Below the pieces are notes generated by a model that saw nothing but the letters and a program-made list of their open reading frames with translations, searched no databases and was not told the DNA's origin. The translations under genes and the position numbers were made by a program. From an uncultured Thermoanaerobaculia bacterium (lineage in GTDB: Bacteria > Acidobacteriota > Thermoanaerobaculia > Thermoanaerobaculales > Sulfomarinibacteraceae), in contig CAYPBC010000002.1 of assembly GCA_964408845.1 (NCBI GenBank), forward strand, positions 1 to 32,457: 32,457 nucleotides of DNA, read 5' to 3'. Of this stretch, positions 8,810-17,600 are shown one piece after another. Position 1 is the first letter of the stretch, and each line of letters starts with the position of its first letter.

Positions 8810-9272
8810 CATCACGTGGTTCGGCCGTCGGCAGGCGAGTCCATATGAGGAACAGATTGAAACCTACCGGCAGCGCGTGAATAGACGTTGGAAGGCCGAG
8901 GATCGTGTCGTGCGACCCGCCGCCGGCGGGAGGGAGAAGGACTCCCATCGCGCCCTGAGGCTCGAGGCCGAGATGATGCTCCGCCACCGCGAACCGGGTT
9001 GGCGGTTGGCGGTTCTCGACGAACGGGGCAGAGGTCGGAACAGCGTTGCTTTTGCGGATTGGCTTGGGGGTCTTGAGGACCGGGGTGTCGTGGGAGTTTT
9101 CTTCGCCATCGGCAGTGACCTGGGTTTGGATCCGGAGCTTGTCGATGGGGCGGACGAGCGCCTCTCCTTGAGCCCGATGACTCTTCCCCATCTGTTGGCC
9201 CGTCTCGTGCTGTGGGAGCAACTCTATCGCGCCACCGACATTCTCTCAGGGGGCGCATACCACCGAATATGA
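8799..9272 (+). CDS. rlmH: 23S rRNA (pseudouridine1915-N3)-methyltransferase RlmH (SPOUT)
   Basis: MRVSITWFGRR…LDERGR…FAIGSDLGL…LSLSPMTLPHLLARLVLWEQLYRA matches RlmH. The start sits inside a GGAGAGAAATG repeat end. Confidence 0.85.
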   Translation: MRVSITWFGRRQASPYEEQIETYRQRVNRRWKAEDRVVRPAAGGREKDSHRALRLEAEMMLRHREPGWRLAVLDERGRGRNSVAFADWLGGLEDRGVVGVFFAIGSDLGLDPELVDGADERLSLSPMTLPHLLARLVLWEQLYRATDILSGGAYHRI

Positions 9273-9356
9273 GTCGATTCTCTTCGACTGATTTCAGGTA
9301 CAATGAGGATCCGGTCGCCGGAATCGACCGGTGGCGACCGAGCGGAGGATCGACCG

Positions 9357-9710
9357 ATGAACAAGAGACAGCGCGAAAGATATCGCAAGCAACTGTTGGC
9401 GAAGCGGGAAGACCTCCTTCATCTCGTACAGGCGGCACGCAGCAGTGAAAAAGAAGGTACCGGCAAAGAGGCGCCGGATCTCGGTGACCGAGCCCTATCC
9501 ACCGTCATCAGGGACCTGAGCTACCAACTGACCATCGCTGAGCGCGACCTCGTCCGAAGGGTTGACGAGGCTCTCGATCGTATGGACACGGGCGAGTACG
9601 GCGTCTGCGTCGCCTGCGGTAAGAAGGTCCAGATCGGACGCCTCGATGCCGTCCCGTGGGCCCGCCACTGCATCGAGTGCCAGGAACTGCAGGATCGTGG
9701 GGAAATCTAG
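9357..9710 (+). CDS. DksA/TraR-family C4 zinc-finger RNAP-binding factor
   Basis: GGAGGA lies 8 nt before ATG 9357. Coiled-coil with a DxxDxA tip motif (DLGDRA). CxxC-N17-CxxC (CVACGKK…HCIEC). Confidence 0.8.
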   Translation: MNKRQRERYRKQLLAKREDLLHLVQAARSSEKEGTGKEAPDLGDRALSTVIRDLSYQLTIAERDLVRRVDEALDRMDTGEYGVCVACGKKVQIGRLDAVPWARHCIECQELQDRGEI

Positions 9711-9760
9711 CCCGCATATCTCACCAGCTTCCGTCGCGAGGTCGGCGACGACCCCTCTCC
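9708..9760. repeat. Solo left-end-type fragment of the TCTCACC-family element
   Basis: TAGCCCGCATATCTCACCAGCTTCCGTCGCGAGGTCGGCGA compared with TTGCCTGCATTTCTCACCACGTCACGTTGCGAGGCTCGCGA (6408-6448). It begins at the dksA-like stop codon. Confidence 0.65.
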
Positions 9761-9770
9761 CGGCCTGAAC

Positions 9771-10943
9771 ATGGCCCGCGTATACCTCCTTGCATCCCCT
9801 GACGACTACATTCTCGAGGTCAAGGTGCGTGAAGCGCTCGCATCTGCGTCTGCCGAGCTGGGAGGGGTCGAACCGGAGCTCATGCGGGAGGAGACAACTC
9901 CCGAAGAGCTTGCCGTCGAGCTCTGCTCGCCATCGCTCTTTTCTCCACAGCGGGTCCTCTTCGCACCCGACATTCGGACTTGGCTCGACACTTCGGCGGG
10001 GCGTGGTCGCGGCGGGCGAATGAAGGCGACTGAGGCGACGGTCGATGCCGAACCGGTGGTCCGGGTGCTCAGCGAAGGCCTGTCGGAGAACACCGCCTTG
10101 ATTATGGCGGCCGTCTGCGGTGAGAAGCCGAAAGGACCCCTGGTCAAGGCTGTGCAAGAGATCGGGAAATTTTGTTGGGTTTCCCTCCCCCCGCAGCCGA
10201 AGCCATGGGAGGATGTTGCCCTGTCTGACGAGCAGCGTCAGGTGTTGCGCGACATCTTGGCGCGGGAGGCGGGCGAGGTTCGATTCACCCCGGCGGCGGA
10301 GGACCTGCTCTTCGACCGCCTCGGATTCGCGCCGCGCCTGCTCGCCCAGGAGGGCCGCAAACTGGCCGCCGCGAGCGCCGCCGGAACGGTCGATGAGGAC
10401 CTCGTGCGCGCCCTCAGCTTTCCCAAGGAGCGATCGTTGGATGTGGTCTTGGATGCGCTGCTCGAACGCACGGCGACGCCGGTGCTCGACATCGTCGCCG
10501 CTGCAGCGGCCGGCCTTTCGGTTCGCGATCGGCATGGGAGGATCATGACCCCGGAGGGAGTACCCATCGCTCTTCTCGGTCAGGCCTCGTTGGTCTTTCA
10601 ACGGCTTTTGTACCTCCGGATGCTGACCGCTGGGAACGGGCTCATCGATGAGATGGCGCCCGAGCGGACCAGAGATCGATACTGGTATCCCAGTCGGTTC
10701 AAGAAGGGAATCGGTCCAGAGCTTCTCGAGCTGATCGAGGCAGACGCGCCGTCACCGCTCCTGCGGTCCGGCTCGAAACCGCCTTCGTTATTCATGCTTG
10801 GGGGGCTGTTCCGCGGTGCGGGCCGCTATCGAACCTCGGAGCTCGAGGCGGCGGTGGCCGAGCTCGGCACCGTGGAGACCGCGCTGCGCGGCGATTTCGC
10901 AATGGAGGCGCTCTCCGTCTGGTTTACGGGGATCCTCGGCTGA
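9771..10943 (+). CDS. holA: DNA polymerase III delta subunit-like protein
   Basis: N-terminus VYLLASPDDYILE…SPSLFSPQRVLF and a central …LAQEGRKLAAAS…VDEDLVRAL…VLDALLER… region resemble HolA. Proximity to nadD/rsfS/rlmH is the E. coli-type arrangement. Recognised by eye only. Confidence 0.55.
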   Translation: MARVYLLASPDDYILEVKVREALASASAELGGVEPELMREETTPEELAVELCSPSLFSPQRVLFAPDIRTWLDTSAGRGRGGRMKATEATVDAEPVVRVLSEGLSENTALIMAAVCGEKPKGPLVKAVQEIGKFCWVSLPPQPKPWEDVALSDEQRQVLRDILAREAGEVRFTPAAEDLLFDRLGFAPRLLAQEGRKLAAASAAGTVDEDLVRALSFPKERSLDVVLDALLERTATPVLDIVAAAAAGLSVRDRHGRIMTPEGVPIALLGQASLVFQRLLYLRMLTAGNGLIDEMAPERTRDRYWYPSRFKKGIGPELLELIEADAPSPLLRSGSKPPSLFMLGGLFRGAGRYRTSELEAAVAELGTVETALRGDFAMEALSVWFTGILG

Positions 10944-10960
10944 TTTTCCGGTCGTCCGGC

Positions 10961-11053
10961 ACAGGGGCACGGTTCATGCGCGGGAGGGTGGGTGAAGAAT
11001 TCGAGATTCGAAATTTCTCCCTGTACCCTGAACCGTGAACCCTGTACCCTGAG
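10961..11053. repeat. Heptamer array (CCCTGWA-type x5, 11019-11053) with an upstream complementary arm (10961-10976)
   Basis: CCCTGTA CCCTGAA CCGTGAA CCCTGTA CCCTGAG. ACAGGGGCACGGTTCA (10961-10976) can pair with TGAACCGTGAACCCTGT (11029-11045). Confidence 0.9.
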
Positions 11054-11059
11054 GGCGCG

Positions 11060-12433
11060 ATGGCTGACAACAAGCTGGTCTGGGTAGTGGACGACGATCT
11101 TGCGATCAGGGAGCTGCTGTCGTTCATCGTCACTGAAGCCGGCTACACCGTCGATGCATTCTCCTCCGGCGCCGAGGTCCTCGCCCAATCCGGGCGACCG
11201 CCCGATGCGATTCTCCTCGATCTCATGATGCCCGAGGTCGACGGGGTCGAGGTTCTCAAGGAGATCGTCCGCCGCCACCCGAAACTTCCGGTCCTCATGA
11301 TCACTGCCGACGACGACATTCACAGGGCGGTTGAGGTGACCAAGCTCGGCGCATACGACTACCTCGTCAAACCGGTCGACCAGGAACGGCTGCTCACGAC
11401 CCTGGACCGGGCTCTGTCCCACGGAAACCTCGAAAAAGAGGTTGCGCGTCTCAAGGAGGAATTGTCGGACCGATATCGTCTGCGCGACATCGTTGGTTCA
11501 TCCGCAGGGATGCGAAAGGTGTATGACCAGATCGAAAAGGTCCTCGAGTCCGAGATCACGGTCTTCATCGCCGGCGAGAGCGGCACCGGCAAGGAGTTGG
11601 TGGCCAAGGCCGTCCACTATGCGTCGATACGATCCGACGGACCCTTTGTCGATGTCAACTGTGCAGCCATCCCGGAGGGTCTGCAGGAGAGCGAGCTCTT
11701 CGGCCACGAGAAAGGTGCCTTTACCGGGGCCGTCGCTACCCATCCCGGGAAATTCGAGCAGGCTGCGGGCGGCACGGTCTTTCTCGACGAGGTCGGCGAA
11801 ATGTCACCATCGGCTCAGGCTCGTCTGCTGCGGGTCCTGCAGGAGCGCGTCCTGCAAAGGGTTGGGGGAACCGACACCATCGAGCTCGATGTGCGCGTCA
11901 TCTCGGCGTCTAATCGCGACCTGACATCGATGGTAGATGACGGTTCCTTCCGTCAAGATCTCTTCTACCGGCTGGTGGTTTTCCCGATCGCCCTGCCGCC
12001 GCTACGCGATCGGCGCGAGGACATTCCGCTCCTGGTGGAGCATTTCCTCGACAAGCATGCCCGAGATGCCGGCAAACGCATAACCAGGGTCGAACCGCAG
12101 GCGATGGAGGCGCTGTCGACCCATGGTTGGCCGGGCAATGTACGTGAGCTGGAAAACGTGATTCACCGCACGCTGCTCGTTTCGGCCGGTCTCGAGCTGA
12201 CGTTTGCCGATCTTCCGCCAGGCATCGCCGAAAGCGACTCATCACCGGGATCGTCCGCGCCGCCGCCCGGGGGAGGCGGAACCCAGAGCCTCGAGGAACT
12301 CGAGCGGGAGGCTATCGTCCACGCGATGGAAAACAACCAGGGCAACCTCTCGGATGTCGCGCGCCAGCTCGGTATCGGCCGTTCGACCCTCTACCGAAAG
12401 CTCGAGCAGTACGGCCTGCGGGAGAAAAAGTAA
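11060..12433 (+). CDS. Sigma54-dependent response regulator (NtrC family bEBP)
   Basis: REC domain (VWVVDDD…ILLDLMMP). AAA+ sigma54-interaction domain ([29 protein letters not shown]). C-terminal Fis-type HTH ([20 protein letters not shown]). Confidence 0.92.
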   Translation: MADNKLVWVVDDDLAIRELLSFIVTEAGYTVDAFSSGAEVLAQSGRPPDAILLDLMMPEVDGVEVLKEIVRRHPKLPVLMITADDDIHRAVEVTKLGAYDYLVKPVDQERLLTTLDRALSHGNLEKEVARLKEELSDRYRLRDIVGSSAGMRKVYDQIEKVLESEITVFIAGESGTGKELVAKAVHYASIRSDGPFVDVNCAAIPEGLQESELFGHEKGAFTGAVATHPGKFEQAAGGTVFLDEVGEMSPSAQARLLRVLQERVLQRVGGTDTIELDVRVISASNRDLTSMVDDGSFRQDLFYRLVVFPIALPPLRDRREDIPLLVEHFLDKHARDAGKRITRVEPQAMEALSTHGWPGNVRELENVIHRTLLVSAGLELTFADLPPGIAESDSSPGSSAPPPGGGGTQSLEELEREAIVHAMENNQGNLSDVARQLGIGRSTLYRKLEQYGLREKK

Positions 12434-12435
12434 CG

Positions 12436-12470
12436 TTCAGTTCTCAATTCTCAATTCTTAGTTCTCAATT
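12436..12470. repeat. Heptamer array (CTCAATT family), left arm
   Basis: TTCAGTT CTCAATT CTCAATT CTTAGTT CTCAATT, starting 3 nt after the bEBP stop. Confidence 0.95.
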
Positions 12471-12572
12471 CCTGCCCCCCAAACAGGAGTTTTTGGTGGC
12501 TTGCGGCCTTCCCGTAACTACCATTCGGATTCGTACGACATACCCGGAAACGGGGGGGGTCGTTGGGTGGGC

Positions 12573-12604
12573 ATTGAGAATTGAGAATTCAAAATTGAGA
12601 ATTC
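12573..12604. repeat. Heptamer array (AATTGAG family), right arm; reverse complement of 12436-12470
   Basis: ATTGAGA ATTGAGA ATTCAAA ATTGAGA ATTC, running up to the manC stop codon (12604-12606). Confidence 0.95.
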
Positions 12605-13677
12605 TACAGAACGTCATCCCACCCCTTCTCTTGAAGCCCGTCGACGACCTCCCTGACTCGCTGCGCCTGATCCTTGGGCACCACCAGGACGGCATCCGGG
12701 GTAGCGACCACTACCAGGTTGTCGATGCCGACTACCGATAGAACGGGTCCGGTGCTGACCAGGACGTTGTTGTCGGCATCGATCGCCTGCACCCGTCCGC
12801 GAGCGGCGTTGCCGGTGGCATCACCGGGAAGACCCTCTGCCAACGCAGTCCACGAGCCGACATCCGACCATGGGAAATCGACCGGTAGGGTCCAAAGTTG
12901 TTTGGCGCCCTCCATGATCCCAAAGTCGAGCGAAGTTGCGGGAAGGGACGGGTAGACCTCAGACAAGACGGCGTCGGATTCAGCGGTTCCGAGGGCTTTC
13001 CCGATACGATCAAGGCCGCTTGCGAGGTCGGGAATCTGGCGGCGGATTTCATCCAAAAGAGTGGTCGCCCTCCAAGCGAAGATGCCTGCATTCCACAAGT
13101 ACTCCCCTGAATCGAGATAGGTGCGGGCGTGCTCGACATCCGGTTTCTCGACGAATTTCCGTAGCCGGTGAATCGACCATTCGTCCCGACGCGAATGCTC
13201 GAGGCCAAGCTCGAGGTAGCCGTAGCCGGTCTCGGGTCGGGTGGGTCGGACCCCAAAGGTGAGGAGGCCGCCCTTACGGCTCACGAACTCCGCTCCCACC
13301 GCCATCGCTGCGCGAAACCGTGTTTCCTCACCGATGACGTGATCGGCCGGCAGCACGATACAAACGGCGTCGGGGTCCACATGTTGAACGGCGTGTGCCG
13401 CAAGACCGGCGCAGGCTGCGGTGTTGCGACCTATCGGCTCGGACAGGATGTTTTCCGGCGCCAGCTCCGGGAGGAGCTCACGGGTAGCTTCAATTGTTTC
13501 GGCGGTGGTCACCACCCAAACCCTGTCGACGGGAACCAGATCTCCGAGTCGTTCGAAGGTCATACGAAGCAGCGGGCGGTCGGTTGCCAGCGCGAGGAGC
13601 TGTTTGGGCAGGCTTTGGCGCGAAGCCGGCCAGAATCTCGTCCCGGAACCCCCGGCCATGATGACGGCATGCAGCAT
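12604..13677 (-). CDS. manC: Mannose-1-phosphate guanylyltransferase (short form, no isomerase domain)
   Basis: MLHAVIMAGGSGTRFWPASRQSLPKQLL is the sugar-nucleotidyltransferase G-rich loop. 357 aa with family-typical …LPADH… and …WSDVGSW… motifs. Confidence 0.8.
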   Translation of the reverse strand: MLHAVIMAGGSGTRFWPASRQSLPKQLLALATDRPLLRMTFERLGDLVPVDRVWVVTTAETIEATRELLPELAPENILSEPIGRNTAACAGLAAHAVQHVDPDAVCIVLPADHVIGEETRFRAAMAVGAEFVSRKGGLLTFGVRPTRPETGYGYLELGLEHSRRDEWSIHRLRKFVEKPDVEHARTYLDSGEYLWNAGIFAWRATTLLDEIRRQIPDLASGLDRIGKALGTAESDAVLSEVYPSLPATSLDFGIMEGAKQLWTLPVDFPWSDVGSWTALAEGLPGDATGNAARGRVQAIDADNNVLVSTGPVLSVVGIDNLVVVATPDAVLVVPKDQAQRVREVVDGLQEKGWDDVL

Positions 13678-13690
13678 ACCGCTATCTTAT

Positions 13691-13724
13691 CCCGTCTCCG
13701 TGCCCGTCTCCGTCTCCGTGCCCG
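13691..13724. repeat. Hexamer-periodic array (CCGTCT/CCGTGC); (GGAGAC/GGGCAC) on the manC coding strand
   Basis: CCCGTCTCCGTG CCCGTCTCCGTCTCCGTG CCCG, 13 nt upstream of the manC ATG. Confidence 0.9.
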
Positions 13725-13757
13725 AAAAATTCAGGCGTTGGAATGCTGGCAAAATTT

Positions 13758-14474
13758 TTAGTCAAGTAAATCGAGCACTTCGTCCAGGTTCGAGATTCGG
13801 CGATAATCCTCGTCGGCGAAGATGTCGTGACGGTCGATCAGGACGGCGGCAAATCCTGCGTTTCTGGCGCCCGCATAGTCCTCGAGTGGTGCGTCGCCGA
13901 CGTGGAGAGTCGAGGAGGGATCGACTCCAAGGCGGCTCGACGTCCGCTGAAAGATCTCCGGAGAGGGTTTCTCTACGCCCTCGATGGCCGACACAGTGAC
14001 AACATCGAACCAGTCGATGAGGCCGAGCGAGTGGAGGATTTCCGGTAACCGGCGATCCCAGTTCGAGATGATGGCGAGCGCAAGGCCTCGGGTTCTGAGC
14101 TTGCTGAGGGTGGAGGCGGTTTCGGGGAAGACCCGCCACACGCCGTCGTCGGAAAATGCGGCGTACAGATCGTCGAGAAGAGGCTTCCAGGGGGCATCGT
14201 GGTCGAGCCGCCCAAGAACCTGCTTGACGAATTCTCCCCACCACGCGCGCTCACCACCGGGCTCGGAGCTGTAGCGATCCTGCCCGGGGGAGGTACGACG
14301 CTGCATCTCGGCCCACGCCTGCCGAAAGACGGGACCGACCTCCTCGGCGTGCACGGGTCGCCCGAGGCGGCTGAGCTTGGCGGCGTAGATCTCGGAAGGG
14401 CTCGGATCGCAATACAATAGAGTGTTTCCTGCATCAAACGTCACAGCTGCGGGTCGGTTCCTCGTGCTTGCCAT
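13758..14474 (-). CDS. HAD-superfamily hydrolase, subfamily IA
   Basis: Motif I (VTFDAGNTLL), motif II (ISNWD) and motif III/IV (…HVGDAPLEDYAGARNAG). Start placed at ATG 14474, because the longer ORF (14594) would translate the AACGTT repeat array. Confidence 0.7.
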   Translation of the reverse strand: MASTRNRPAAVTFDAGNTLLYCDPSPSEIYAAKLSRLGRPVHAEEVGPVFRQAWAEMQRRTSPGQDRYSSEPGGERAWWGEFVKQVLGRLDHDAPWKPLLDDLYAAFSDDGVWRVFPETASTLSKLRTRGLALAIISNWDRRLPEILHSLGLIDWFDVVTVSAIEGVEKPSPEIFQRTSSRLGVDPSSTLHVGDAPLEDYAGARNAGFAAVLIDRHDIFADEDYRRISNLDEVLDLLD

Positions 14475-14493
14475 GGACGGAGGATACCGTTGA

Positions 14494-14522
14494 AACGTTA
14501 TAACGTTCAACGTTCTAACGTT
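14494..14522. promoter_or_regulatory. Four palindromic AACGTT boxes (15-bp unit x2) in a divergent intergenic region
   Basis: AACGTT at 14494, 14502, 14509 and 14517, i.e. AACGTTATAACGTTC / AACGTTCTAACGTTC, between the HAD gene (start 14474, minus strand) and the large TGase-like gene (start 14601, plus strand). Confidence 0.6.
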
Positions 14523-14550
14523 CCGAGCGGGATCTGCCATACTCGATCGG

Positions 14551-14565
14551 TGGCGACGGATTCGC
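14551..14565 (+). promoter_or_regulatory. Weak sigma54-type -24/-12 candidate upstream of the large transglutaminase-like operon
   Basis: TGGCGAcggatTCGC has GG and GC at the exact GG-N10-GC spacing of the TGGCACG-N4-TTGC consensus. Three other consensus positions are mismatched. It lies 36 nt before ATG 14601, and two bEBP genes are in the window. Confidence 0.25.
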
Positions 14566-14600
14566 GATACCATTTCCCCAGTTGCGGCAAACAATCGTCA

Positions 14601-17600
14601 ATGGCGCGTCAGCTGTTGATTGTCTGTCTGACGGCGGTCGTCGTCTCGGTGGCGGTGTCGGTCGGAGCCGGGGCGGTCGAAGACCGTGTCAACGGCCACA
14701 TCGAGGCGGCGGTGGACGGAGGGGTGCGGCCTGCCGATTTTCACCATCTCTTCATGGCCTTTGCCTGGCGCGGCACCCTGAGTGACTGGAGCGACGCCGA
14801 ACGCAACCTCGACCGGCTGTCGGGCGTACGGCGAGTCGATCCGCTGATGGTGGACGAGATCCGGTTGATCCGGGCTCGATTGAGTCTTGACCGTGGGCTG
14901 GATGCCGCGGCACGCGAGCTCTTTCGGACCATGGGTGGCCTCTCGTCTTGGTGGTTTGAGGGCCCGGTGCCCCTCGATGAGTTGCAGGACTTTGACCGCC
15001 TTGCCGTGCCGCCGCCAGCGGACATCGAATGGCGTGCAGTGCCCGGCACCGATCCTCTCGGGTGGGTTCAGCTATCGGGTCTGGCGTGGCCTCCACGGCG
15101 GCAGATGGCCTACCTCGCGACCACGGTCATCAGCGGTGCCGAGCAACCGGTGGCGGTGAGGGTCGGGACGGCGCAGGTCGCCCGCGTGTGGCTCAATGGG
15201 TCCGAGATCGTGACCACGCCGCAGCCGATGCTGCGGGGAGGGGACCAGGTGGCGGGGGGCGCGTGGTTGCGGCAGGGGCAGAATCTGGTGGTAGTGGCTG
15301 TGGCCTCCGAAAACGACCGCTGGTGGCTGCGCGTGCGGCTGACGCGCCCCAATGGGTCGATGCTCGACGACGTGCGCGAAGTTCAGGAGCCGCCTGTCGA
15401 TCGGGCGGCGGTGGAGCGCAAACCACCGGTGGTGCGGGAGCTCGGGGCGGAAATCCGCAAGGCCGTGGAGTCGGGAACGCCGGGCGCGTCGATGGCGCTT
15501 GCAGCCTACCTGGTGGCACATCGACCGGAGCCCGAAAGCGGTGGCGGAACGCGCGCGGCCTGCCGCGCGGCGAGGACTGACGCTCCGGGCGAGGCTCGTC
15601 TGCTCGAGTGGATGGCGACCTCCGATGCGGGCGCGGCTCGCGATCTCCTTCTTGGAGCGGTGGCGGCCGACCCGGATCTCTTGTGGGCCCGCCTCGAGCT
15701 TGCCGGCTGGTACGGAGAACGGGGTCTCTTTGAAGAGGCGCGCGGGCTCCTCGGAGAAGCTGACGGGAATGAAGCGGTCGTGCGCGGCGCCACGCTCGAT
15801 CTCGACGCGGGGTTGTGGGGTGCGGTGGTACTGCCGGCGATCGCCGACCTCGGTGGTGCCTATCCGCGTTGTGTTCGGGTTAACTTGAGCGTTGCCGAGG
15901 GTGCTACCCAGGCCCGCCGTTGGGATCTCGCGACGGAGGCGGTATCGCGTCTTGAGGATCTGACCCCGGGTTCCGCGGCGATCATCGACCTTCGCCAACG
16001 TCTCGCCGAAAACTGTGGAGACGGTGACGCCCTACGGGATATTTTCACCATTCAGCTGGCGCGAGACCCAAACCGACCCGAGGTGCGCATCCGGCTGGCG
16101 CGGTTGCTGGCGGCCGACGAGGACCTCGAGGGCGCCAGCGATCTCATCAGCGAGGGGTTGCAGCGTTCTCCAGGTAACGTCGAGCTGATCGTGGAGCTGG
16201 CGGGCATCGAGCATTCCAGTGGTGACGACGTACGAGCCACGACCCTGGCTCGCGAGGCGCTCGAGCTGCGACCTCAGGACCGGCGAGCGCAGCGCCTATT
16301 GGAGCTGCTGGGCGAGCGTAGCGAGACCTTGGATTGGCTCCGGACGCCCGCGGACCTCTGGCAAATGGCGGATACGGCCGAGGCCAACGGGCACGCTGTG
16401 GCGCTCCTGGATCATCGGGAGACCCGCTTCCTACCCTCGAATCTAACCGAGGAGAGGGTTCAGCTGGTCTTTTTCGTTCATGCTGCCGACCGGGCGGATG
16501 ATCTGCTCACCCATCATCTCCCTTTCATCGCCGAGTCCGAACGTCTACGGGTGTTGCGGGCTCGCATCCTGCGTCGCGATGGCTCCGAGATTGCCGCTCG
16601 CCAGGGAAACACGCCACGGCTTTCGGAGCCGGAGTTCAGCCTCTACTACGACACGCGTCTTCGGGTGCTGAGCTTCACCGATCTCAAGGATGGTGATTTG
16701 ATCGAGATTGCCTACATTCTGACCGAGATCGAGGAATCGAATGAAACCGGCCCGTACAACGGGGGGTTGATTCGTCTCGGCCGAAGCATTCCGATCGCTC
16801 TCATGGAGCTGGAGCTGGCCGGTCCGGAGGCGCTGTTGCCAACATGGGAGCTCGTCCATCTCGAGGGCGAACCTATTTTGGAGGAGGATTCCGACGGGGT
16901 GCGCCACCTGCGCTGGCAGTGGCGGGATCTCCCGGCAGTCGCGTCCGACGTGCCCCCTGCGCCTCAGCTCATGGTGATGCCGTATCTCGTCTACTCGAAT
17001 CATCCTGACTGGGGGAGCCTCGCCGACTGGTACGCGCGCCACGTCGCGCCTCGGGTTCGGGTCTCAGAACAGGTGCAGGAGACCGCGCAGCGACTGGTGG
17101 ACGGGCTCGATGACCGCCTCGAGAGGATCAACCGGATCTACCGATTCGTGACCAATGAAATTCGATACGTGGGCCTTGAGTTCGGCGAACATCACTTCCG
17201 GCCCTTCTCGGCTGATTGGGTTCTGCACCACCGTATAGGAGATTGCAAGGACACTGCGGCGCTGTTGGTGGCGCTGTACGACGCGATTGGCGTGCCGGCC
17301 CGCATGGTGATGGTGCGCACAAATGATCTCGGGCCGGTGAGCAACGAGACCGCCGTGCTCGAAATATTCAACCATGCGATTGCCTATTTACCGGAGGACA
17401 ATCTCTGGCTCGACGGCACGGCCGCCGGACACGCGCCCTACCCGCCACCGACGGGCGATCAGGACGCCGTCGTCTTGGTGATCGACGGAGCGGAGAGCCG
17501 CCCGCAGACCTCGCCTGCTACGGGAGGTGGTCTCGCTCGGTCCAAATTCATCCTCGGCCTCGGTGAGGATGGCGTGGTCGATCTGGCGATCCGAACTGAT

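Noticed and set aside
9273-9356. Small hairpins (AGTCGA…TCGACT at 9272-9289; GGTCGCC…GGCGACC at 9314-9341) and a TACAAT box (9299-9304) between rlmH and the dksA-like gene.
   Set aside because: The stems are short (6-7 bp) without a U-tract, and there is no acceptable -35 at proper spacing. The evidence is too weak to annotate as a terminator or promoter.
14490-14600. Longest-ORF starts that read through the AACGTT array: TTG 14490 for the plus-strand giant gene, and ATG 14594 or 14540 for the minus-strand HAD gene.
   Set aside because: They would translate a palindromic repeat array on both strands at once. The signal peptide of the giant protein begins at Met 14601, and HAD motif I follows Met 14474 directly.
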